NCBI GenBank assembly: GCA_051294905.1
Contig: CM119381.1
Location: forward strand, 19,220,001 to 19,284,000
DNA length: 64,000 bases
Direction of reading: 5' to 3'
Source: Botryllus schlosseri
Taxonomy: Eukaryota
A program made the translations under genes and the position numbers. Positions within the stretch are counted from its first letter, which is position 1, and each line of letters opens with the position of its first letter. Positions 34,401-48,700 of this stretch are shown here, piece after piece. The notes below the pieces were generated by a model. It saw only the letters and a list, made by a program, of their open reading frames with translations. It made no database searches and was not told the DNA's origin.

Positions 34401-37400
34401 TTACGCCAGGGCCGTTAAATCCGGAAATAATGGGGGGATCAGAATCGGTTATTTATATAATACCGAAATCTATACTCACTCTTGTTCGAGCGGACAGCGA
34501 ACATCCAGAGATGAAGGAAGTAAGGTGGTCCTGCCAACGAAGGATAGGTGGAACAGGACGCCAGGTACAAAGCGCGAGATCAAGTAACGTATTTCCCGTG
34601 ATCAAAATATACTCATTAGCAAATCCACCACTGCGTTTCTTTGCACAGGTAACATGGGATGCTTCCGAAGTGGATTGGACATTGATTTTGCTATATATAA
34701 TGACAGCGAAATAAACATACCTCTGGAATCGCTTTCTCGAATACCCGACACTGTTGCATTTACCCTTACGTATATTGGAATCGACGAGCAGAAGTATTCC
34801 ACCGAACAGATATTGTATTTAAGAGAGTCTTCCCATACAAAATTGGAATTATTAGGTACTGTTTTTATGCAGCCTCATCAAAATCTAAGGATTATATTGT
34901 AAATACATTTCTCATAGAATCTCTTCAGTATAAATCGCTCCAGCCGCGCGTCCTCGTAATCTGCATATCAAATTGTGGGTCACCTTCGGCCGTTTCAAAC
35001 TTCATTCGCCTTCGAGCTGACTGCGAACCGTGCCGTATCGCAAACAGCACGCAAATTCAATTGCAGTATCGGTGGAACGTGTTTCGCTTAGAACAAGGCA
35101 TACAATATGATTTGCCGGGGCACCTATCGTCTCTAGTATTGCCATCAAAGCAGGGATATCCCGACTTTCGAATGATGCCCGACATTCTGAAAAAGGCTGG
35201 GCAATACAGAATACTTGCGAAAATGGAGGCTGTGCGTGCAGGGAGTGAAAGAATTGAACTTGGACGGAGTTATTACGATATTAAAATCCCCGACGCGCCG
35301 GTTCCACCGTCGTGCTTTATACGTCCCTCGCAAGGAATAGCAATGGTCACGAAATTCAAATTAGTGTGCGTCGAAAATGACGCAACACTGCCGAACATGT
35401 ATGAACTGTATTACTCAGTCTGTCATGATTGCGAGCAAGACACAAAACGATATATGCTATTCAACAGAGGATATGAAAGTGTCTACAGAGGTAAGATGAC
35501 TCTCGACGTAGTGGAGATGCATACGCCATAAATACCGTTCTTTCGTCTCAGATCTTATGTTTCCGGTAGGAGATCCAGATTTCGGCTTTACGCTCAGCAT
35601 AAAAGTCACAGTTCGGTATACGCACCGCATGCAAAACGATGTATTTCTGGTCGTTGCTGTGAAACCGCCGGGTAGCAGTGAGACCGAAGATATACTCACG
35701 AAATTGATATCTCAAGGTAAAACAATCTCGGGTTAAACTGCAGATTAGCGCATCAAAATGCGTATCTACAGTAGGGCTCTTCAAAAATGACTTCTTTTTG
35801 TCAAATCGTTAGGTTACTCATACTGGCTACTCATACGCCCCTTTCCACTAATAAAAAATGTATTTTCAACGAGAATAATAGTTTCCGTGCTTTTACCCAG
35901 CGTCGAAGCCTTGAAGGGGCATGAAATAGATATGGTGGGAAAATACCTAACTATTTCTATGTGGTATTAATTATTATTATTGAACTACCATGATTTTCTT
36001 CGGGGGTCACATAAAACGTACACATTTGAATTTTTCACACCATCAATACTCCTATGGCGTCATAATAAGTGATACTAGAATACCCGACTTGAAGCCTAAT
36101 ACGCAATTCGGAATCGAGTCACACATATACTTGATTTTCCCGGGCCAACTACTCGTCTGTGCTGTTGAAAGAGCTAACTATACCTGCAAGTCGTTGTAGG
36201 TAGCTCTGGTGGCTATTACGGACGCCGTTACAACGATTTCAAATTTTGTCGATGGGCCGAATAACGAAGTACCCATCATTGGCTTCATTCAATATAACGA
36301 GGCCTATTCCTTAATATATATGTATACAGGAAATGGAATATCGAGAAATGATCCCACTGGATTCGTCAGGACCGCAACCACAGCTTTATCGTTGACAGAC
36401 ACGGTTGCAGGTATATTGTCATGTCTCGTATCCGTGCGCCGTATATTGGAAGAGCTCATGTTTTAGATGACGAACTGAAACTAAAAACCGTGGAATCGAT
36501 TTTGCAAAAAATAAGGACAGTGGACCAATCGTCGCCAAACGGAATCCGTTCAACATCCCAAGTCTTGACTAAATCCATGGGCGTTCTCGACAGCTCATCA
36601 GTTTCGGACGCTGTCATTATCAGCAACCTGGGTCTGGTAGAGGATACCGTGTCCAGTCAAATAAGTCATATACTGAGTAAAAATACTAGCCGCGGCACTG
36701 ACGACAGCGCTGCCCCAGACGTTGTTGGAACGATTGTGGAAGGAATCCGTCTCGCTACCTCAGTAAAATACAGCAACGTCAGTATATTGACTGGTCGTTT
36801 CGAGTCCAGCTTGGAGTCGGCAATAATGGGCTTTTCAGCGAATAAAATGTTAGGGGAGAAAGCGACGGAAATTCGCTCTGACCGATTTCAACTTAATGTC
36901 GCACTGCAAGAAGTAGAATTCACAGAAACAATTGTGAGACAACAGACAGGACTACTGCTTGGACGTGGCGCGAAAGTATCGGGGAGATACAAAATAAATT
37001 CCGGCGTCATGACGTTCTTTTTCAACCCTTCCAAAAGAGCCGAAAATAAGGAGGATGTTAACATCGTTGTGGATGTAGTTCTTAATAGTACTGCAGAATC
37101 GGGGGATAATCTGCCTGTCGAAAGAGTCGACATATTATTGCCTATTTCCGCCGATGCTAACCTCCAAATGAAACCCGTTTCTTTGCCTCCACCGTGCGGC
37201 GAAACAACCCAATCGTACAGCACACTGTGCGGCGCAATCAAGGCAGACATCCAAATTAGACTGCCAGCGAGCGATCATGAAAAGTCTACATTATCTGGCG
37301 GCGTTTACGTGATCTTGACACCTAAATTTGCATGTCGCCTTCCGCGGCAACCTTGCATTAATGCCACCTTCCAAGTAGCTCAACCGACAGCGGATGAATC

Positions 37401-40400
37401 TTGTAACCTGAATGGTTCTAATTGCGGACATGGCCACCGAATTTTAGCCCGAGTATCCTTTCCAATCGTACTCAAAGAGCCAATTGCCGACGAATTTCGT
37501 CATGATCCGTGGGCCTTAAAAGCTGATGAGCAACTCGCCAGAGTGTTATCAAAGAAGGATTCGCGTTTGACAGTGATTCTCGAATACCTGCAGACATACT
37601 TATCTAGCGACGACGACTTCCAATTGCAAGATGTAAGTCCATGTAATTAATTTGTACTAGGTTTAAATAGCCTATGTCACAGTGGCTAATGAGGGTCCCT
37701 CGCAATTGGGACAGTGAGCAGCAGGCACGATTCTTCGTGAATTTAGCGGCCTGGTAATGTATGGGGCAGCGATAAATCTTTTGAAACAGATGAGGTAAAT
37801 AGATCATAAAACTTATGCTAGTCGCTATAATGTCCTGGCGGAATGAGTGTAACCGTACCGAGTGCTCAAATTCATAGACCGACACATTTATTTCCTCAGG
37901 TTCGTATTGCAATCAGACGCGTTACATGCCTGCAGTGGAATAAGCAGGATTCAACGTGGTCAAGTGACGTCTGTCGAACCCGAGACATTGTCGTAGGAAA
38001 TAAAATCCATTGCTCTTGCACCTTAAGCAAGGCGACGCCAAGAAATTCTGCTGGTGGAGGAAAGAATAAAGTGGGGTAATTGCATCGACGGGTATTGAAT
38101 ACATATCAAAGGTTACACACTCACTTCAGGGCTCGACGAGATTCGCTTCTTCGGTAATCATCGTCCCCAATCAGATAGTCGTGGGGGATATTGCTTCGAT
38201 TATAAGCAGGATGCAGACTCGTTTTTACGTGATTACACTCATGACAAGCGTTTGCGTCGCCTTTATAGCGGGATATGTGATTACCAATCGGTACAAATGA
38301 TTCGCCCGTGACAGGCGATAATGTGATGTATTCCTATGTTATTAAAATAATTGGCTGTTGAACTGCAGGAAGGATCAAGAACAAAAGGGATCCCTAGATA
38401 TCGTCATCCCGCCAGGAAACAGCCCGCATAACGACTATTTATACGAAGTAGTGGTTATAACAGCGGCGTTGCGCGGTGCAGGGACGTCTGCTAAGGTCAC
38501 TATGATTCTGGAAGGTGAGCACGATACGTCAGTCAACTCAATTGTCCGGCATCTCTTTTTCACAATTGAACTCTTTTCAACAGGCGAGAATGGATCAAGG
38601 AGTGACCCCCAGATTATAAGTAATTCGGACCATTCTACTCTTCAGAGAGCTGGGCGGGATTCTTTCCTTGTTCCAACATCGGGATCCCTTGGTCAAGTTG
38701 ATACCATTCATCTCAGCCACGACAATACCGGTAAGCCAATAACAGATGGCAATATATCACTCAATCAATGCAAAGTGTAATTCATTTCTTAAAGGAAATG
38801 ACCCGGCATGGCATGTCAACGGTATAGTAGTATTTGATCTTCATGATGAATCCAGAAAGCCTTCATACTTCGTCATCAACTCTTGGATTTCATTTGACAT
38901 CTACCCGTATCGCTGTAGCATGGTTGCGAAGCGATCGACCGCCGAAGAAATTACATCTTTCGCAGTTTCTTGGAGGCTGCATGCCACTGACTTTTTGAAT
39001 ACTCGAGATGCGTGGTGGACATTCTACTTCAAGTACGCCTATATGTTTCAAAGGTCTTGGCGGTACAGCACTCTAGATAATGATATTGAAATTGTGATTT
39101 AGAGCGCGCCGGAGTGTATTCTCGTACCGGCGACGACTCACCTGTCTGGCCTGTGCGTTCTTCGGGAGTATGCTTGTAACTAACATGTTTATTGAAGCCG
39201 AATCCCAATATTACGTCTTCAAATTGGGTTACGTCGACATTGATCTCTCCCCTCTCATCATCGCAATAGAGAGTACACTCATCACGTTACCTATTGGATT
39301 CATACACCGGCGGGTATTCAAGTACACAACTACTCCGCTGTGTGGTCGTGTCCGATCGTTATGACTGTTTACGTATATGTTTCAGCGGGATCGCGAAGAA
39401 GGGTGAGGCGGAAGTCGACCGTCTTATTTCCTTGGCCAAATCAAGTGTTTCGGACACGGACACGTCCATGAATCAAAGCTCAGATTTCAGGCTTGACGAC
39501 AGGCGCTTCGGAAAGCAAAGTGAGAGTGAAAGAAGTGTTCGCTGTATGAGTTTTTAACAATGCCCGTGTGATCTGATTTAGGTAAATCACTGACGACAAA
39601 AGTCAGCTCAGGCATCGGTAGTGAAGATTTCGATATGACCGACACGCTGCAGGATTTTATCGAGATTAGGAGAATCGCAAAACAGATAATGGATGAATGC
39701 AAACAGATAACGCCGAACGAAATCAATCGACGGAATGTCAAGGTTACTGTCGGTGGTGCCCCGGTGGCAAGCGAACTGGAAGGAATTATCATGCAGGAAT
39801 CTGATCTGAGCCTACAAAGAAGAATTTTCGACAGATTGTTTGTGGATCGCTTCATGACGTTCATCGGAAGAGGTAAAACTGACAAGGAGCAAGAATTTGA
39901 TAATATCTGTAGCGTAGATAAGGATTTCGGGGAAGATTATGCTAATCTGCACGGAATACAGGAAACTAATCTGCTAACAGATGATCGTTCGAAGTTTCTA
40001 CGCGGCATCATCTTTCTACCGAGACAGTTCATGATTCCGGCATGGCTGAACTCGCTGGTGTGGGTCATAACAGTCTTGTATGTTATTCTTTGCTTGGTGC
40101 TTAGTCTCATATACGCTGTCAGTTATGACACGAAGATGTTCCTTTCTTGGCTGACCACATTCGTTATATCGATTGTGCAAAATATCTTCATAGTGTCCCC
40201 CTTGAAGGTATCGATCATCGCAGCAATACGGACGATGTTTACTAGATCAGTAGACCATAATCTCTGGGTCCCACATAGCGGTTCCGTAGCGCGGGCGGAA
40301 GCAGTCATTATGTGGAGATTGCGAAGAACCAGAATAGGCAGGGTGAAAAGAACGAGGTTCCAGTTTAGAAGTCCACAGGATAGAAACACGGTAACTCCGC

Positions 40401-42064
40401 ATGCGTTCGGCGACAGTCTCGCAAACGCCACATCGAAGACAAGGTACGCTATTGCCGTTCGACAAGTTAAAGATTTCTGTCGAGATTCAGTAGGCAGGGT
40501 GCTGCTCGCAGTTTTCGTAAGTCTACTCATATACAACCAATTCGGCCGCGAATTCGAACGGTCGAACACTGTGCTGACAAGAAAGTTGAGTAACAGCGTT
40601 GGGCACATTAAATCGTGCAAGGGAATATTCTCGTTCTTGAACGATGACTTTCTTCCGATCATATTTGAAACCGAGGAGACCGCTGAAATGAGCCCGACGA
40701 TCCCCCTCGGAACCATGCGATTTCGGCAACTGAGAAGAATTCACAGAAAAAGATGCGCCTGTATCCATGACCTGGAGTCGTGTGATTGTATAGGTCAAAG
40801 TTGGTATAACATACCGTATGACGAAGAGAATTATGCTGATAGTTGGATGCCAACCAATGATTCTGCGCAAACGAAAAATCCGTGGGCTTATAACGCTGCA
40901 CTCGGCACCCAGGAGTCGTGGTTACCACCGGGAACATGGTCAGAATTGAGATATCTTGTAACGGGTGGGTATGTCGTCGATAGCGCACACAATATTGAAG
41001 AAATCAGGGCGATACTCCGATCCCAAGAGCACCTCGGTTGGATTGATAATCGTACATTGATTTTCACAGCCGAATTTTCTACGCTGTCGCTGCCCACTGG
41101 ATACGTGACTTCTCATATCACCGTTGTCGAGTGTCTGTCGTCAGGTTCTGCCAGAAGTTCTCATCAATCAAACAGCTATCGTCCAGTATACTTTTATAGT
41201 GGTAAAGATATCATCATCGTATGCCTTCAAGTGTGTCATATCATAATCAATTTCATACAAATTTACGGACTTATTGCCAGGTGCTGGAAAGCGAAATGGC
41301 ACGCACTAGCGGTGCTCGATTTGTGCTGTGATTTGTGGAGTGTACTCGACATAATATCGTTCACCGTCACGATCGTCACGTACATTTTCTACATATACCA
41401 CGTTATGACGTCTGCGGAAGCCAGCACATGGTTGCGTAACAATCCGAGTGGATTTGTATCGTTCTCAAAGCCCGCATACCACAAGATCATGTTCATGAAT
41501 CTGTCAGGTTTATGCGTGTACCTGAACTATTTACGACTACTGAAAATCACGAGAGGAAGTGAAGCCCTGTCTCATATAACGGACTTGATCAAGAAATCAC
41601 GCGCAGGCGTCATCTCCTGCACACTTTCATTCATGACACTCATTACGGTATTTTCAATGACCGGACGGCTTATTACATCCATGATAACCTGGAGCGAGGG
41701 TCACATAGTCACACCTCTGATGGACATCTCGTATCTGGCTGTGTTAGGCAAACTCAAACCTCCGAATCATGCAGTCATAGAAGACATTAGCAGCAGAATC
41801 TACTTTTACGCTGCCGTTATTTGTATTTCCATCCTGCATGCTAATCTGATCGTGGTTGTGCTTCTGAGAACTTTTAAAGCGTCGGAAAAGTTGCGCAGGA
41901 TGAGCGGCGTTTCTCGCAAAGCCGAAACCGTGGCTGTACGGTGGATTTACGAAAACGTTTGCCGGATAATAGGTGTGAAGTCGAAAGCATTCTCCGGGAA
42001 AAGCGTTCGTCTTCGGATTCCTCCGGGTACCATTTTACATCGAAGGCCCTCGCAAAGAAAGTAA
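31496..42064 (+). CDS. Polycystin-1/PKDREJ-like 11-TM protein, paralog B; same architecture and largely the same intron positions and phases as paralog A
   Basis: Aligns to A throughout: YPGHDVLELSISQGLPCVVAC vs NPGKNSLFISVDDGAPCVAHC; CISNC; CFIRPSQG; DEFRHDPW vs DEFTPDPW; CLQW..W...C...CSC; PLAT YEVVVITAALRGAGTSAKV...HDNTG; TOP GGYVVD...WIDNRTLIFTAEF; terminal exon ~39582-42064. Confidence 0.88.
33839..34110. mobile_element. hAT-type MITE (TIR TAGGGTTACCATA) in a paralog B intron
   Basis: TAGGGTTACCATA...TATGGTAGCCCTA; degenerate TSD (ACATAAAG/CATAAGAG). Confidence 0.75.
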
Positions 42065-42255
42065 AGACAAATGGGGCACAGTGGAACTCTAAACACAAAC
42101 CAACAATTGTTGTTGTTAATTTCGTTCGTCGGTGTTCGGTGTTCATTGTCCATGTTCAATTGTTCAGCACTCTCGAGCCATATTATACAATATTCATGTT
42201 TATTATAATAATTCATAAATGAGCAAAACGATACCTCAAGTATTAGTCCATAACA

Positions 42256-42534
42256 TAGGGTTACCATATACCTCCTACTTTGGGAGGATTTGTCCTCCTC
42301 TTTCAGCAAATTCGAAATGTCTCCTAATGTTCTCCTTTTTGGCAATTCGTCCTCAGTTACAGCTTTTACAGCTAGGATAATGAACAGAGGTAACTGAAAA
42401 TGGTCTTATAAATTATGTGAAATAAAGATTTGAAGTAAATACTACAAAACCAGCTGTTTTCAGTTTCGGTCAACTAACTTTTATGATATGGTAAAAATGA
42501 CCTCCTTTCCCGATTCAAAAATATGGTAACCCTA
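42256..42534. mobile_element. hAT-type MITE (TIR TAGGGTTACCATAT) just 3' of paralog B
   Basis: TAGGGTTACCATAT...ATATGGTAACCCTA; TSD CCATAACA/CGATAACA. Confidence 0.85.
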
Positions 42535-43014
42535 CGATAACATACGCTACATTCGGGGTACTCAAATACAGCTGATTTACCTATACTTTCAGTACTATCG
42601 ATTCAAATGGTTGTGTTTGTGTTTGTACCTAGGTCCGAAACAGCACTTCGTAAGCCACCCTGAAAAAACGTTGGTATTGGTTCCCCCAGAGGGGGGTATA
42701 CCAAAGTCCACTCAAGTCACGAGTCAAGTCACATTGAATTTTCGAAATATGAGATGATGACTCGAAGTCATTACATTTTGCTGGCTGTGTGAAAGACAAA
42801 TTAATTGGCCATTTATCTTGAATCAAATAATGAATATAAATTCAAATATACATGTAAAAAGACCGTCTATCGCTCACGAACACGTAGAACTGCAAATAAA
42901 ATACGTGAGTAACTGTAAGCTACATGAGTACATGTCACAGTCTGTTATTATCAGCCAAAATAGACCATCGAATACGAAGCCTCAAGAAGTTGAAACAAAT
43001 TGATATGGTACAAT

Positions 43015-44316
43015 CAGAGGTGGTCAGTAACGAAGGACTTCTACTTTTTCGAAGTACTCAAGTAGTTTCCCCTCTACTTCTGGTACTTACACAAGTAGAT
43101 CTGATTTTCGCTACTTCTACTTCGTAATGTTTTGTGATCTACTTACTTACTTTCCGCTATTTTCAGTTTGTCAAGTAGAAGTAGTTTAATCTTTCAATCA
43201 GGATGATAGCCTGAGGAATTTCGGGGCTGTTTTCACGGAGTATCAATATTTAGTTTTCATAAAAGTTGAGTAAAGACAAAAATTTTCGTCGTGCTTCGCG
43301 CTCAGTGGATACGGAGTAGCCAGTATGATTTCACGAAAGTATCGGTGAATATAATTTGGGTAGCGGGTTGGCGTGGTTCCGTTCCCACCGCATTGTCGCC
43401 CTTTGCCCATATGGAATATTTCACCACATATATATGGCTCATCAGTCATCATAACGTTTGAAACTTATGATTCGCAATCTAGCATTTACTTATCATATCG
43501 TATTCTAGCAGTCCATGGCGTGTCCTAATCTGAAAAATTGAACTCTGACTAGTTTTAGAGCTGTTTTAGCACACCACCTTTGAAACTTTCTGTCAATAGA
43601 CATGAAATACATATTCCGCTTTTAGAAGTAGTATTTATATATTTCACTTTGAATTCCCAGTATCATACACTTTGAGCTCTAATTAATATCAGTTATTTTG
43701 TCTCGATAACATGCCATGTTGAAGTATAACAGCAAGTGCACATGTAGTAATGCCTTTAATACCCGGAAATAAAGCTACACAATATGGCATTTTCACGATC
43801 CACCATATTTTTTATTCACATTTACTAATCGCGCAAAGTGCTGACACCGTATCCTACACGACTTCTCCGTATTGCTCTTCGACTACACCACGGGCCTTAT
43901 AATATGGGGAGGGCGCCATACCATGATATTTTTTAGAACGATTTCTAGTTCGATTAAACAGACGATTAGTATCGCATTTCCATATCAATACTATCATTTT
44001 CATCCCATGATGCGGAAGAATGCTTATGCTGTCGAAAATTGATTACCTCCTGGTACACATCAATATGAATAGAGCTCGGCACCTTTCACATTGCTCAATT
44101 TGCACCTTTTGACAATCCATGTGAACGAATTAGGATCGTTTTCACAACTACTTACTTACTTGAGTAGATTTAAAGTCAGTCAGTTCTACTTCTACTTCAA
44201 GTAGTTTTGGGTTGCTTATGGAAGAATTACTTCTACTCGTACTTGAGTAGATTTTTTCGTCACTACTTCTACTTCTACTTGAGTAGTTTTCTTGACTACT
44301 TTGACCACCATCTCTG
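43015..44316. mobile_element. hAT-type non-autonomous element with CTACTT subterminal arrays
   Basis: CAGAGGTGGTCA...TGACCACCATCTCTG; perfect TSD GGTACAAT (43007-43014, 44317-44324). Confidence 0.88.
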
Positions 44317-44323
44317 GGTACAA

Positions 44324-45200
44324 TAGGGTGGGGTGAAAATAAAAAATTTTGAATTTCAAAATAAGTATCTTGATATGTGGTGCCAAATAGTAAACAAATA
44401 AATTCTATCATAGTTTTGGGTTCGTACACCCTCTAGTGGTCGTGCACTTCCACCGAACGAGCCGAAAATCGCCAATTTCGCCATATCTTGATAACCGCTT
44501 ACTCTAGAAAGCTAATTTTGGGCTTAAAAGATGAAGGAGCCACATGTTTCTATCTCACTTCCATAGAACTTACTCCTAAAAATGAACAGAAAAAAAGTTA
44601 CAAGCAAATTAGGTACTGAAGCAGTGGGATGTCAAAAGCAACATACGCCATCAATTACAACTACTTTTCAAAACTTGCTCAAACAAATGAAGCCCCCTCC
44701 AAGTGTAAATAAGGCTCGGACATTAATAGTGACTTCTAAAACTGTACCTAAAATGGCGTTCATCGGTAGTGCGGCCACGCGATATCGACAAGTTTAAAAC
44801 AGTGATGGTAAGAGATTTTTACCGACATGCTGTTGTGGGTTTGTATCACATGTATCACAAAGCTCCTGATTGAAAACACCAAAATTGGAAATCCACATTC
44901 AAAACACAAATATCAGTTCTATATTGGAAACAGAGAAAATTTGTAGTAGGCAGCACAAACATTACAATCATGTTTAGTTTTGAAAGATTTCATCTGCTTT
45001 CCAGACTTCAGTTTTTGTCTGACGAGGCCATCTCTACGTTTGAATCCTGAAACATGGGCAGATGCTTCAGTCACCACTGTCACATGTCTTTCCACTGCCT
45101 GGTTGTGGCAAGGATGACTGAGCCATAGAGGTGATGATCTTAGGTTTTCCAGCTCGAGATCTGACAAGTTCTTGATTGAAGGCGGCTGTTCAATATGTTT
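44324..45200 (-). pseudogene. 3' end of an hATm-like transposon (C-terminal transposase fragment plus terminus)
   Basis: Minus-strand ORF 44919-45167 reads PCHNQAVERHVTVVTEAS...RRDGLVRQKL and points toward a TAGGGTGG terminus at 44324; the rest of the transposase is missing. Family assignment is from recalled motifs. Confidence 0.6.
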
Positions 45201-45210
45201 GATGTTTAAG

Positions 45211-45246
45211 TATAGATAACTAACCTACATAGGTTAGTTATCTATA
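45211..45246. repeat. Perfect 17-bp inverted repeat with 2-nt spacer
   Basis: TATAGATAACTAACCTA-CA-TAGGTTAGTTATCTATA. Confidence 0.9.
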
Positions 45247-45744
45247 GTTTAAGTTGACAATTTGATGGAAAGATGTAGCCTCGATGTTCATAATTGGAAT
45301 TTGGTAGAATCTGATGCTGGTGTCAATGTTGCTGTTTTTAGGTTTGGTTTCATTTATATTTCATTTTTGGTTGGCCTTGCAAGTTCGCAATAAATTATCT
45401 GGGTAATTAATAATTTTATAGTATAACTAATTTCGAGAATTATCTCGCGGGCCACGGTGTTTATATAGCTCAGTGGTTGGCCGCGCCTGACCTACGTACA
45501 ACGAAAATATTGTCAATGCACTATTACAGAACCAGATTTATTTAGGAGTGTTTTATCTAATATCAGTAGCTGGCTGGCTGATTATTTATTTATTTGCGTT
45601 GTATGCACAGAAACGGATTTGTAAAAACAAGGTATTACCCTGACTTACATACGGAAGTTATTAGGTCTGGAAGAGAAACTGTACCATATCCAAAATATAA
45701 AGTGATTACAAGGCTCTAGTATCGTTTATGCACGGAGATAGAGG

Positions 45745-48700
45745 ATGAGCAATCAAAGGAAATATGGTTTTCAAGGTTTTGACATGACTGGTTCTACGCG
45801 GGCGCGAGGATCAGGTGCATACAGGATAGGCTCCAAACGTCGAATAAGCGTGAGTGTTGGTCATGATATCATTCTTTCTAAAAATAATATGATCACGGCT
45901 TACTTGAACACAGGAAGGGGAAGACGAGTATTTTTATGATGAAGATGATAACCACGATGATCGACAAAAGCGACGCGATATTGTCTCGGGATGCCCATTC
46001 CTTTCGGAAACAGAGAAGGAAGTACGTAGTTTTGGTCATTATTAACTTGCCATGACCAAGATCTGTATCGTGAACGGAACATACTGCTATCTTTGCAGAT
46101 AGATTGTTCATTTCTTGCAGATCACTGTCACTTGGGTCTTGTGTAACTTCTATAATTTAATCTAGGTACTTATGCGAATAACGAACTGTCACTGAAGCAT
46201 GAAGAGTAACCTATTTTGAATTTAACATTACTGAGAATAACAAGCCATAAAGGTTGCAGACCTTACTTAATGGCATCAAACAGACAGGGATTCCATTCCA
46301 GGCCTTATCACTAGACATTTGTTGTGTAATAATTTGTAGTTCCATGTTGGCATTATTCATCCTAACTGACTTTCTTCAAGTATTGAAGATCCCTAAAATA
46401 CCATATCTGAATCATGGCCAGGCAAGTGTACATCTGACATGCGTTTTAGTATTGATCGTTGTGCCGTATATTCTTTCCGCCCCATTCCATTACTGTTAGA
46501 TTTGAAACTACACAAATTCCTCATGTTGTAAAATATTCACCAATAGGATCTCATAAGAAAACAAGAAGAAGATGAAGAGGAAGAAGATCCACTTGACGCC
46601 TTCATGGCTGGAATAGAGAGCGAAGTCTGTTTGTGAATGATTTTTTTCCGATTGCCTGTCCGTTCTCTTATTTATTTTTTTACATAAAGGTGAAAAAACA
46701 AGACAAAAAGAATCCTTACGAGAAGCGAGACCCAAAGAAGGGTATAAGAGATGATTTGGAGAACTTAGATGATGAGGAGCAGTACTACAAATATATGGAA
46801 GAAAACCCCGATGCCGGTAAGATTCAAGTCTATCAATGTCAGATCATTTGTATAATGAGATTATTCCATTTTTTATGATCACAGGCAAACTTTTTCTTGA
46901 CACGGACGACCCGGTTGAGTACGACGAAGATGGTAACCCGATTCCTGGGACTGAGAAAAACATGAAAATGATCGATCCTCTGCCCGTTATTTATCATTCC
47001 GAAATTGAGTATCCTTCCTTCGAAAAAAATTTCTATGTGGAACATGATGACATCAAAAAACTATCTTCCGAAGAGGTATCCACGCTGCGGAATAAACTCG
47101 GGATACAAGTCTCTGGGTTTACTCCGCCGAAGCCTGTGACGAGCTTTGCGCATTTTGGATTCGACGAAAAGTTATTGAAAATAATAAGGTGATTGTTTCA
47201 AATTTATGGTCGCTGATTTGATTACAGTAAAGTATAATATTGTGTATTGCCTTTATGTTTTGTATAGATACTTTAAAGAAGATACTGCCTTTTTCCTACT
47301 ACAGTCATGCCGTACTCTTGTATGATTGCAATTATTGCTGCGGTGGTCGAAGTAATGACTTCTAGTGTAATTACCAGGGTTGTAACCAATTCACAAAGCT
47401 CCGAGTCACAAGTCAATCTCATTTTTATAGTTTTGACTCGAGTCAAGTCGATTCATTTTCAATTCACCACCGAGTCAAGTCCGAGTCATGATATTATGAC
47501 TCGAGTCAGAGTCCAAGCCATTGTGTTAACTGCTCAGTTTCCAGTTGAAGTCTTGTTAAACCGTCTATTTGGTGATATCGATTGGTTCGCATTCAAAGTA
47601 TACTAATTTCCTCACTTTTAGCAGTTTCTGGTCGCATTTTAAAGTACCAGTACTAATAGATGAAATACCATTAGTGTTGTTACATTACTATTCTTCGAAA
47701 TTACAATGAAATGTCGGTCGCGGCCGTCTGAGTCTCGAGTCGTATGACTTGGTTCGAGTCTTACGCAAGGACTCGAGTTCAAGTCGAGTCAATGCACAGA
47801 TTGACTCGAGTCGAGTCATTTCCGTATTTTGAGAAAATGAATCGAGTTAAGTCGAGCCTGGTAATTACCAAATTGTTTAAATTTAGTAGTATAAAAAACC
47901 TGCTTCAGTAAATGAGTTATTTGTTCTCAAAACCCCTGTTCTCAGGAAAATGGAATACACGTCACCGACGCCGATACAAGCACAAGGAACTCCCGGCGCT
48001 CTGATGGGAAGAGACGTAATCGGAATAGCCAAGACCGGTTCAGGAAAAACAGCCGCCTTCGTCTGGCCGATGTTAACGCATGTACTAGATCAGCCCGAAT
48101 TGCAGGAGGGGGACGGGCCGATAGCGCTGATCATCGCCCCGACACGTGAACTGTGTCAGCAAATCCATTCAGAAGTCAGACGATTCGGGAAGGTGAGATA
48201 AGTCTCATTGTGTTCACGCAGATCCGATGACTGCGTTGTTGATTTCGATAGGGTTCTGCGCTTTGTACGTTCGGAAGTTAATTCGTGATATTTCCACAGA
48301 TTTACGGGATACGATCAACCTCGTGTTACGGTGGGGGTAGTATGTGGGAGCAACAAAAATCGTTAGCAGAGGGGTCTGAGATAGTGGTGGCAACACCGGG
48401 AAGAATTATCGACCACGTGCAGAAAAACAACACAAACTTGAGACGAGTTACATATTTAGTGTTCGACGAAGCGGACAGGATGTTCGAAATGGGCTTCGAA
48501 TATCAAGTAGGTATCCTGTCTGCACGGTAGCGATATTCAGATGTGTGAAACCTAATGTCATTGAAGGTGCGGTCGATTGCCAATCATGTGCGGCCGGACC
48601 GGCAAACTCTCTTGTTCAGTGCCACCTTCAAGAGACGGATCGAAAAATTGGCGAGAGATATTTTGAGCGATCCCGTCAGGGTGGTTCAAGGAGACGTCGG

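Noticed and set aside
40123-40716. Long antisense ORFs within polycystin exons (also 15275-15694, 26827-27201, 36888-37250)
   Set aside because: Expected shadows of long coding exons; no independent motifs.
45466-45492. tRNA/SINE-like A-box TAGCTCAGTGGTT
   Set aside because: No B-box (GTTCRA) or cloverleaf follows.
37453-47016. U12-type donor-like GTATCCTT at 37453 and 47009
   Set aside because: Both lie inside continuous, homology-supported coding exons.
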